The position numbers were made by a program, and so were the translations under genes. The notes under the pieces were generated by a model that was not told the origin of the DNA, made no database searches, and saw nothing but the letters and a program-made list of their open reading frames with translations. Positions 1 through 11,318 of a stretch of DNA of 64,000 nt are shown here, one piece after another; the first letter of the stretch is position 1; each line of letters starts with the position of its first letter. Origin of the DNA: Octopus sinensis (Eukaryota); the NCBI RefSeq assembly GCF_006345805.1, contig NC_042999.1, positions 125,550,001 through 125,614,000 of the forward strand, in the 5' to 3' direction.

Positions 1-3000
1 CACATATATATATATACACACATACATACACACATATATATACACACATACATACACACATATATACACATACATACACACATATATACACATACATACA
101 CATATATATACACATACACACACACATATATACATACACACATATATACATACACACATATATACATACACACATATATATACATACACACATATACATA
201 CATACATACATATACATACATACACATATATACATACATACACATATATACATACATACACATATATACATACATACACATATATACATACATACACATA
301 TATACATACATACACATATATACATACATACACATATATACATACATACACATATATACATACATACATACATACACATATATATACATACATACATACA
401 TACACATATATATACATACATACATACACATATATATACATACATACATACACATATATATATACATACATACACATATATATATACATACATACACATA
501 TATATACATACATACATACACATATATATACATACATACATACACATATATATACATACATACATACACATATATATACATACATACACATATATATACA
601 TACATACATACACATATATATACATACATACATACACATATATATACATACATACATACACATATATATATATACATACATACACATATATATATATACA
701 TACATACACATATATATATATACATACATACACATATATATATATACATACATACACATATATATATATATACATACATACACATATATATATATATACA
801 TACATACACATATATATATATATACATACATACACATATATATATATATACATACATACACATATATATATATACATACATACACATATATATATACATA
901 CATCACATATATAATATACATACACATATATATAACATACATTACACATATATATATATACATACATACACATATATATATATACATACATACACATATA
1001 TATATATACATACATACACATATATATATATACATACATACACATATATATATACATACATACACATATATATAATACATACATACACATATATATATAT
1101 ACATACATACACACATATATATATACATACATACACATATATATATATACATACATACACATATATATATACATACACACATATATATATATACATACAT
1201 ACACATATATATATAACATACATACACATATATATATATACATACATACAATATATATATATACATACATACACATATATATATATACATACATACACAT
1301 ATATATATATACATACATACACATATATATATATACATACATACACATATATATATATACATACATACACATATATATATATACATACATACACATATAT
1401 ATATACATACATACACATATATATATATACATACATACACATATATATATATACATACATACACATATATATATACATACATACACATATATATATATAC
1501 ATACATACACATATATATATATACATACATACACATTATATATATATACATACATACACATATATATATATATACACATACATACATACACATATATATA
1601 CACATACATACACATATATATATACATACATACATATATACATACATACATAAGATATTATACATACATACATAATACATACATACATACATATATATAC
1701 ATACATACACATATATATATACATACACATATATATATATACATACATACACATATATATATATACATACATACACATATATATATATACATACATACAC
1801 ATATATATATATACATACATACACATATATATATACATACACATATATATATACATACATACACATATACACATACATACATACACATATACACATACAT
1901 ACATACACATATACACATACATACATACACATACATACACATACATACATACACATACATACATACACACATACATACACACACATACATACACACACAT
2001 ACATACATACACATACATACATACACATACATACACACACATACATACATACACATACATACATACACATACATATATACACATACATATATACACATAC
2101 ATACATACACATATATATATACACATACATACATACACATATATATATACACATACATACATACACATATATATATACACATACATACATACACATATAT
2201 ATATACACATACATACATACACATATATATATACACATACATACATACACATATATATATACACATACATACATACACATATATATATACACATACATAC
2301 ATACAACATATATATATACACATACATACAACACTATATATATACACATACATACATACACATATATATATACACATACATACATACACATATATATATA
2401 CACATACATACATACACATATATATATACACATACATACATACACATATATATATACACATACATACATACACATATATATATACACATACATACATACA
2501 CATAATATATATATACACATACATACATACACATATATATTACACATACATACATACACATATATATATACACATACATACATACACATATATATATACA
2601 CATACATACATACACATATTATATACACATATACATACACATATAATATACACATACATACATACACATTATATATACACATACATACATACACATATAT
2701 ATATACACATACATACATACACATATATATATACACATACATACATACACATATATATATACACATACATACATACACATATATATATACACATACATAC
2801 ATACACATATATATATACACATACATACATACACATATATATATACACATACATACATACACATATATATATACACATACATACATACACATATATATAT
2901 ACACATACATACATACACATATATATACACATACATACATACATATATATATACACATACATACATACACATATATATACACATACATACATACACATAT

Positions 3001-3690
3001 ATATACACATACATACATACACATATATATACACATACATACATACACATATATATACACATACATACACATATATATACACATACATACATACGCATAC
3101 ATACATACACATATATATACACATACATACATACACATATATATACACATACATACATACGCATACATACATACACATACATACATACGCATACATACAT
3201 ACACATATATATACACATACATACATACACATATATATACACATACATACATACACATATATATACACATACATACATACGCATACATACATACGCATAT
3301 ATATACACATACATACATACGCATATATATACACATACATACATACGCATATATATACACATACATACATACATACGCATATATATACACATACATACAT
3401 ACATACGCATATATATACACATACATACATACATACGCATATATATACACATACATACATACGCATATATATACACATACATACATACATACGCATATAT
3501 ATACACATACATACATACATACGCATATATATACACATACATACATACATACGCATATATATACACATACATACATACATACGCATATATATATATATAT
3601 ATATACACATACACACACATATATATATATACACATACATACACACATATATATGTGTGTATGTATACACATACATACATACACACACGC
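1..3690. repeat. Giant compound (CA)/(TA) microsatellite array with higher-order ~16-24 bp units
   Basis: Seen directly: continuous TACA/CACA/TATA mosaics such as TACATACATACACATATATATA. All long M/Y/V/C/I-only ORFs here are artefacts of the repeat. Confidence 0.98.
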
Positions 3691-3876
3691 TTTTTCAAAG
3701 AGTATAAAGTGCTAGCAACAAAGTGCCAGTAAGTACAAGACAATATAAACATGTTTGTTATTCATAGCAAAATGCTGCAAAGGACAAGAATTTCAGATGG
3801 CCAGATTTTAAATATAAATAAAACACGAATTATTTTGGAATTATGTCTCAGAAGAAATACACATACGGTAGATATA

Positions 3877-3926
<50 letters not shown>

Positions 3927-4199
3927 TACACACACACACACACCAAAAAAAAAAAAAAATCAGCCAGCAACAGATGACAAACTGATGAGCAATCAAGCTA
4001 CAAGAATAGTCGAAACAGTGGATATTTGCCTTCTCTACCATTTATATTCACTTGTAAAACAATACATTTATTCAAAATAAGACGCCATTTTATAGATAAT
4101 TTCTATTCAGCAAATAAAATATGCATCAGAAAGAAAGTAGCAAAGCAAACAACGAAATGAGTCTGTTTATCAGCCAACATTTTTTTTTTACCATTATTA

Positions 4200-4810
4200 T
4201 TATCATCATCTTGACCTTATCTGCCGCAAATAGCTGACGATACATTGTAGAAGATTCATTTGAAATGACAATTCACTGTTGAATCTATTTCTTTATGCCG
4301 CCAAAAACAAAATGAGCTAATATAAATTAATAGTTATGACGACGGAACTGCGACTCAAATCATATGAATAAATATCATGTACATGATATTTTTTTGTACA
4401 GTATGTTAGAACAGAAACACTATATTACTGGTCAGCGACGTTAAACGCTGGCGAGCAAGTCTAGCTTCAAGAATGTATTTCGCTTCACAGTAGGAAGAAA
4501 TAAATCGACAAAAAATGTCTATTACTAACCTGTTGTCCAAGCTGGTTGGTCCCAGTGGCAGGAGGCATTAATCCTATCTGAATATTATCATGTTTTTTCG
4601 AGCCCGTCTCAAATTCAACAGAGAGCGCCATTGATGTTTGCTCATGGTTCCTGTATGCTAATCAGCTGTTCCAAAATATAGCTAGGCCCCTCTGCAAAAT
4701 GGTTTTCGTTTTCTTTTTTTCTTTCTACTGTTTCTTTTTCTTCTATTTTTTTTTTCCTAAGGGAAATAATCAGAATGATTAGTGGAAAAACTAACGGAAC
4801 ATTCTGACAA
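4200..4810. promoter_or_regulatory. CpG-retaining segment, possible promoter/first-exon region of a minus-strand gene
   Basis: Many CG dinucleotides (gccgcc, gacgacgg, agcgacg, aacgctggcgagc, ttcgagcccg) compared with CpG-poor flanks; overlaps a candidate exon. The promoter role is inference. Confidence 0.3.
4530..4631 (-). CDS. Candidate first coding exon of an unidentified gene (MALSVEFETGSKKHDNIQIGLMPPATGTNQLGQQ)
   Basis: ATG at 4631-4629 with an in-frame upstream TGA; 34 open codons ending at CAG|GTTAGT (phase-0 donor). No homolog recognised, no downstream exon found, and an out-of-frame upstream ATG is present. Confidence 0.3.
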
Positions 4811-5479
4811 TCGTCAAATAATCTTAAGTATTTATATATGTATATATATATATATAATTTGGTATTATTTACAAATGGGTGTTTAATAAATTTAATCTGT
4901 TATAAAGTTTCTAGTATATTTCAAGAGGCATTCCTTTTTCTTCACTCATTTCAAATCACAGTGAAGCTACATTTAATAAAGCTTACGCTCTTTACGTGTA
5001 AATTTAATAATTTAATAAATGGACGTTTTAAAGTTGTTTGTATTTTGATGAAAAAATGTTATACTCTATAGATAACATTTTTCTGTGTTGCATGGATTCA
5101 CAGAACCACATACTATGTCTAGCAGTAGACTTGTGGTTCAAGTTGTACCTCATTTGGTTTTATTTCCAAGAAGTCAACCAGCAACAGATGACGAACAGAT
5201 AAGCCACCAAAATATAACAGTAGTTGAAACACAGGTCATTTTCTTTTTACACTATAGGAATGAGGAAATATAATTCTTACACAGAAGTAATCCAACTATG
5301 AATTTCATGTTCCATTTTACTTGTTGACAGAGTCCATAAAAGTTCACCTCATAGGTTTTCTTTTATCTACCTTAAGCTGTTATTTATTTTCTGTCTCCTA
5401 CTTACCCAGCTATCTACTTACCCAGCTATCAGTTCTTATTTATGCTTTCTCTATGTATCTCTTCCTTGGTTACAAAAAA

Positions 5480-5593
5480 CAATTACTTCAGGACATCTTT
5501 ATTTGTAGCAATATCAACAATTACTTCAGGACATTTTTATATATATCAGTATCAACAATTACTTCAGTACATCTTTATATATATATCAGTATC
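5480..5593. repeat. Three-copy 38-bp tandem repeat
   Basis: Unit CAATTACTTCAG(G/T)ACAT(C/T)TTTAT...ATCAA starts at 5480, 5518 and 5556. Confidence 0.85.
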
Positions 5594-5774
5594 CTACATA
5601 TATGTACCAGTATATGAATAAGTAACTTGTTTATTTATATATTTTCATTAAATATTTGAAGCAACACAATTGTCTCTGCCATACACTACCAATACTAATG
5701 TCAAGTGGAACTTTTTAAAACTCTTTTGTGCTTACATCATATATCCACTACCTATTACTCTTAAACCACTGACC

Positions 5775-5829
<55 letters not shown>

Positions 5830-5835
5830 TGACCA

Positions 5836-6014
5836 GTTTATGGGGTTACCCTGGGTTTCACATCCATTAAGTGCTTAGCTTTACAGCATTTCTTAAGACC
5901 CTAAACCCATTTGCCTATGGTCTCACTAGCCATAGGCCAATGGATTTAAAGTCTGAAGAAATGCTGTAAAGCTAAGCAGTTTATGGATGTGAAACCCAGG
6001 GTAACCCCATAAAC
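5836..6014. repeat. Long inverted repeat / foldback (85-bp arms, 9-nt loop), MITE-like
   Basis: Arm 5836-5920 versus reverse complement of 5930-6014: 7 mismatches, no indels (hand alignment); loop TCTCACTAG. Confidence 0.9.
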
Positions 6015-6504
6015 CAGCCATATCTTTATCTATATACTCTACTGCTTTATAACTTAGATTGTGCTTCTTTTTTGGATTTATGATTTACTAACAATATATA
6101 TATAGAGAGCAATGCATTTGGGGCTGTATAGAATAGTGAGGTGAAATACTTCAGTCAAGTGAACTTATTCGTGCAATTAGCTGATAAAAACTCCCTTGAA
6201 GTATGTCTAAAATTTTTAAATGATGCACAAAGAATGACATGTAATGACCATATATAAGAACCAATTTTAGCAGCATTTAGTAGAGAAGGCATGTAGTTCT
6301 TGAGTGAGAAGTTCACCAAGTATTAAAATCAATGTGTACTGATGCATTGTTCTAATGATTGAAAAGGAACAATATTAATTGCTTACTAAGATGGCCAGTT
6401 ATTTATCTGATTATTATGTTAGTTGTTACAATATAGAAAATACTTCATCAAGTTGTTGTGTGTACACAAATTGTTTGTTATTACAGTAGACAAATTGTCT
6501 CTCT

Positions 6505-6692
6505 GTGCAGGTGGCACGTAAAAAGCACCCACTACACTCACGGAGTGGTTGGCGTTAGGAAGGGCATCCAGCTGTAGAAACAGTGCCAGATAAGACTGGA
6601 GCCTGGTGCAGCCTTCTGGCTTCCCAGATCCCCGGTCGAACCATCCAACCCATGCTAGCATGGAGAACGGACGTTAAATGATGATGATGATG
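6505..6692 (+). mobile_element. RTE LINE 3' tail fragment
   Basis: Matches the 3' end of the RTE at 29980-32517: GTGGCACGTAAAAAGCACCC...CCATGCTAGCATGG...(ATG)n. Confidence 0.9.
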
Positions 6693-6931
6693 TGTATGTC
6701 AGCTTCATCTGTAAGACTACTAGAGAGAGACAAGGCAGATAGAAACAGTAAGGGTTGCTTTGTCCCTCGCATAAAGGTGTTGCTTCTCCATTGCTATCAG
6801 ACAGAAGGAAGATAGATGTGTGCTCTTGGAGGTGCTGAGTTAGCAAAGAGATGAACTGATATATGGTTGTGTATATATTCTTTGTAACAAAATTATATTC
6901 TTTGTAACAAAATTAGGTTATGCTAAATACC

Positions 6932-7144
6932 TATTTCTTTATTACCCACAAGGGGCTAAACATAGAGGGGACAAACAAGGACAGACATAGGTATTAAGTC
7001 GATTACATCGATCCCAGTGCATAACTGGTATCCGAAAGGATGAAAGGTAAAGTCGACCTCAGCGGAATTTGAACTCACAATGTAACAGCAGACGAAATAC
7101 CGCTAAGCATTTCGCCCGGCGTGCTAACGATTCTGCCAGCTCGC
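6932..7144 (-). mobile_element. tRNA-derived SINE, family A
   Basis: Reverse complement of the 13044 SINE, with A-box-like GCGAGCTGGCAGAA and B-box-like GAGTTCAAATTCC; 11-bp flanking duplication TGCTAAATACC at 6921-6931 and 7145-7155; short internal deletion. Confidence 0.9.
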
Positions 7145-7701
7145 TGCTAAATACCAGTTGAACACTGGGGTTGATGTGATCAACTTGCCCCCTTCCTTGA
7201 ACTTGCTGGTCTTGTGTCAAAATTTGAAAGCAAATTAGGACAAGCTAAAACAACCAGATTCTTCCTTTGTATCAAGTTTGACCTATGAATAACTCAAAAA
7301 GGTCTCAGACATCAGTTTATTCTTGTTAATCTCTTAGTGCAACAGGTAAAAACTATACACCAATGACACATGGAAAAAAATGTAGATTAGGTTGTTCACT
7401 ACATACACATTCCTCATTCTGAGCCCGTTTATTTATTTTCCAAATGAATAATCATTCATAATTCATCTTGGCATTAATTATTTCATGAAAAAGTTATGGT
7501 CGTTAATCCTTTTTTCTCAAATATTAAAAAAGGATACTTTCTGAAAGCTTATCTTTTAAAATATTAGAACATTATACTACAACAGTTCTCGTTCCCAGGA
7601 TCAAGTAAGGGAACTAACAAAAATAGTAAAATTGAATTAGATAATCATAGAAGTCCATAGTTTTTAATAATTTGTAAAGATTCCTATGTCAATCATCAAC
7701 A

Positions 7702-8600
7702 TTATCTTAATCATTTAATATCCATTTTCCATTCTGGCATGGGTTGGATGGTTTAACAGGAGCCAGAAAGGCCAGGGGCTGCACCAGGCTCTGTTGTCTG
7801 TTTTGGCATGGTTTCTATGGCTTGATGCCCTTCCTAATACTAACCACTTTTCAAAGTGTACTGAAGCTTTTTACATAGCACCACCACTAGTGCTTTTTAT
7901 GTCACACCAGCATCAGTTCTTTTCATGTGTCACCAGTGCTTTTCAAACGGCGCTAGATCCAGTGTTTTTTATGTGGAACCAGCACCACTAGCACTGATAT
8001 CAACTCTGCTGTGGTGGATGGGTCTTCTTGAGTACAACAAGGTGCCAGATATCTTGGTCATTTGTCATCTCCTTTATAAGGCTCAGTGTCTTGAGATTGG
8101 TCTTTAGTATTTCGTCCCATGTCTTTTTAGGTCTCCCTCTTCCATGAGGTCCATCCACTTTAAGTGATTGGCACTTCTGTACATAACTGTTCACACCCAT
8201 ATGCATCACATGACCAAACTGGTGCAGTCTTTTCTCTTGTACATTGCATCTAATTCCTCTTATGCCTAACTCTTCTCTCAACACACTAGCACTCTGTCAC
8301 ACATGTACACTGGCATTGCACAAACAGTGGAGCATACTAGCATCATTCTTCTCTAGCCTTCACATGTCCTCTGCATTCAGGGCCCAAATCTCACTACCAT
8401 GTAACATAGCTGTTCATATACATGCATCATGCAATTTTCTTTTCACTCAGAGTGAGAGATCTTTGGTTGCTAACAGAGGTAAAAGCTCTTTGAATTTTCT
8501 CCATCCTATTCTTATTCTAGCAATTACACTTTCTGTGCATCCTCTCCCACCACTAATTAGGTCCCCTAGGTAGCAGAAATTATGCTCTACCTCTTAAGAG
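7702..8600 (-). mobile_element. 5'-truncated, degenerate RTE LINE (ORF C-terminus plus 3'UTR)
   Basis: Minus translation YLGDLISGG...LHGSEIW...GRGRPKKTWDE aligns by eye with the RTE ORF at 31055-31903; RTE tail near 7710-7850. Confidence 0.88.
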
Positions 8601-8731
8601 CCTCAGGCATTTGAGAAAATTGATTTCCTAAGTACATGTAGTTTTTATAGCTCTTGTGCAACGGTAGTTTATAATTATTATATTTGGTAAATTTTGTTTG
8701 AATTTCTGAAGTAAAGAATTAACGTTACTAT

Positions 8732-9130
8732 TGTAGCAGCACAAGCAGTCAGCGCCATATTGGATGAGATCTCACGGCAGCCATTGCCATCTCTGAGACT
8801 AGAGCGAGACCTCACCTGCATCTATTTGCCATGCGCGAGATCATAACGAGGCTCATGATGGAAAACTATATAAAGGGAAAGCCAATTTGAATCTCTTTCT
8901 TTTTGGTGCCACTTTGTGAACACCACCAGTGGCTGGACCTGTCTATATGTTGTATCTCCAAAAGCAATTTGTGTCCACACTAACGGAGCTACTACACAAC
9001 GCACTCAGCTAAAGATGGTAGCTGAGAGCAGCACACTACACCTATCCTGTGAATTCTGTAAATAAACCAGTTGTAAATAGCATTTGTACTTGAAGTCTTC
9101 TCCCTTTGCCTGCTGGAAGCCTGAACTACA
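8732..9130 (+). mobile_element. Candidate solo LTR (399 bp)
   Basis: Termini TGTAG...CTACA, TATATAAA near 8866, AATAAA at 9061, CpG-richer than flanks. No target-site duplication found. Confidence 0.45.
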
Positions 9131-9289
9131 TGAAGAACAATAGATGATGGAAGAAAACGATATTCTTCCGATATCGTAAACCTTGCCTTCCATTATACTA
9201 TATTTTGATATATTCAAATTAGTTTTCTCATCTTGCTTGCCATAATCAAAACATTTCAGTGAATGTATCCTCTAGTCAGAGTATCCTCT

Positions 9290-9460
9290 TTTATCTTTTT
9301 CCTTTTTTCAGTCATTGAAATGCAATCATGCTGGGGCACTGCTTTGAAGGGTTTAGTCAAACAAATCAGTCCCAGTACTTATTATTTTTGCTAAGAGACA
9401 CTTGTGCTGAACTGCTAAGTTATGAGGATGTAAACAAATCCACATCAGTTGTCAAACACT
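9290..9460 (-). mobile_element. SINE family C, 3' half
   Basis: TTTCAGTCATT...CATGCTGGGGCAC...GAAGGGTTTAGTC...CTAAGTTA...GATGTAAAC shared with copies at 14980, 16965, 24020 and 34335. Confidence 0.8.
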
Positions 9461-9740
9461 AACACACATGCATCACTATGTTAAATGCCTTGTAACCAAA
9501 AATTCTTGATTTATTAAAATTATCTCCAACTCTAGAGGATGTCTCATAATTATCAAATGGGTATTATGTCCACCTCCTCGAGGGAAGATATATATATATA
9601 TCATCATCATATATATATGTATAGGAGTATGGGTATATGCACTCATATGTATGTGTATATTATATATTATGGGTATGTACCCACTCTTGTATGGGTGTAC
9701 CTCCTCTGATATTCATATTTAATTTAGTTTGTACTTCATA

Positions 9741-9867
9741 ATCTCTGAAGAGGCCTTGGGATATTTTTGTAAGTGTCTCATTTATAACTACATATTAACC
9801 TATCACACATGGCTAATATGAGCATAATGATACACCCATATCTGCATGGCTGAAACAGCTGTAAGAT
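9741..9867 (+). ncRNA. Type-I hammerhead ribozyme motif (Penelope-like) with extended helix II
   Basis: Helix I ATCT 9741-44/AGAT 9864-67; core CUGAAGA 9745-51; helix II base GGCC 9752-55/GGCT 9848-51; GAAA 9852-55; self-complementary helix III ACAGCTGT 9855-62; GUA cleavage triplet 9861-63. Activity untested. Confidence 0.75.
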
Positions 9868-10246
9868 GTAATTTATATTTGTATTTATTTATATTCACTT
9901 ATACATACTGTACTTATTGTATCATATTACTCATTGATGTACATTGTTTTGTTCTATATTATGTTTGACCTTAATGTTCATATGTAGTGGTTTAATAAAT
10001 TATGTGATTGGGTATTATCTGGTAGTTGATTATTGATTAAGATGTATTTCTCCATTTTCTTATTTTGTATTATTAATTTGTGGTAAAACATTTTACCTTT
10101 GGCCATATAATACAATAAATGAATTAATTGCATTGCAATTCTTAACATTTATGTATTAACTTTGTTGGGTGCTTTACTAGCAGTATATTGGATATATATT
10201 TTCCCATGGAGGGTTGCACTCACAACCCCTATCTCAATTTGTAATT

Positions 10247-10277
<31 letters not shown>

Positions 10278-10292
10278 TGCATATATATCCCG

Positions 10293-10925
10293 AAGACCCG
10301 GCAAGACTAGTCAGGCCATAACCCGTGGCCCCTACCTGGGACGTTGTCAGTTCACCCGTGCATACCTTCCTTCCTTCTTGTGACACTTGTGAAGACCTGT
10401 TGAGGCAAGTGAAAATCAAATCAAATCAAATCAAAATAGATGAACATCAATGGAATTTGTATCTTTGCAGTACCAGTGCCGGTGGCACACAAGAAAACCA
10501 TCCGAACGTGGCCGTAGCCAGTACCGCATCGACTGGCCTCCGTGCTGTGGGCACGTAAGAAACACCATCCGATCGTGGCCTTTCATCAGCCTCGTCTGGC
10601 ACCTGTGTCGGTGGCACATAAAAACACCATCCGAGCGTGGCCGTTCGCCAGCCTCGTCTGGCACCTGTGTCGGTGGCACATAAAAACACCATCCGAGCGT
10701 GGCCGTTCGCCAGCCTCGTCTGGCACCTGTGTCGGTGGCACATAAAATCACCCACTACACTCTCGGAGTGGTTGGCGTTAGGAAGGGCATCCAGCTGTAG
10801 AAACACTGCCAGATCTGACTGGCCTGGTGCAGCCTTCGGGCTCCCCAGACCCCAGTTGAACCGTCCAACCCATGCTAGCATGGAAAGCGGACGTTAAATG
10901 ATGATGATGATGATGATGATGATGA
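10293..10925 (+). mobile_element. RTE LINE 3' end (last codons, tandem-repeat 3'UTR, (ATG)n tail)
   Basis: GAAGACCCGGCAAGAC ORF end, about 5 repeat units containing GTGCCGGTGGCAC or GTGTCGGTGGCAC, CCATGCTAGCATGG palindrome, (ATG)n tail. Confidence 0.92.
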
Positions 10926-11318
10926 TAGATATAGATATACAGAGAGAGAGCGAGAGAGAGAGAGAGAGAGAGATTAAAATAAAAACTGAAAGAGCAAAAC
11001 ATTTGCCATCTCTTACAACTGTTTCTAGAATAGCCATGCATGTGGATAATGATATTGAGTATGGATTCCATAAGCTAGGTGTTTTGTCACCAGAGGGAGA
11101 GAAGTCAGAAAAATATAAAAATGAAGAAATATCTCCAATTGAGGGTGTTCGTACTTTCCAGTTGGTCAAAATGAAGGAAGAATCAGAGTGAAAAAGATGT
11201 ATTACACAATTTCATGATTTAAAAAAATGATTAAGTTATAGATAATGTCCATTAACAGTTTCCAATGAGAATGTTTGATGATAATCCATGGCAAGGAATA
11301 GTACATACCTATTATATA

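Noticed and set aside
942-3752. Long ORFs (up to 377 aa) of M/Y/V/C/I
   Set aside because: Translations of stop-poor CA/TA microsatellite; no coding complexity.
6874-6915. 20-bp tandem duplication (also the 20-bp repeat at 51757/51784)
   Set aside because: Ordinary short slippage duplications with no element between the copies.
10431-10897. Regularly spaced repeats (CRISPR-like) and overlapping ORFs
   Set aside because: The units are whole-unit tandem repeats of the RTE 3'UTR with no unique spacers; eukaryotic context with no cas genes. The same applies at 32100-32360 and 59200-59360.
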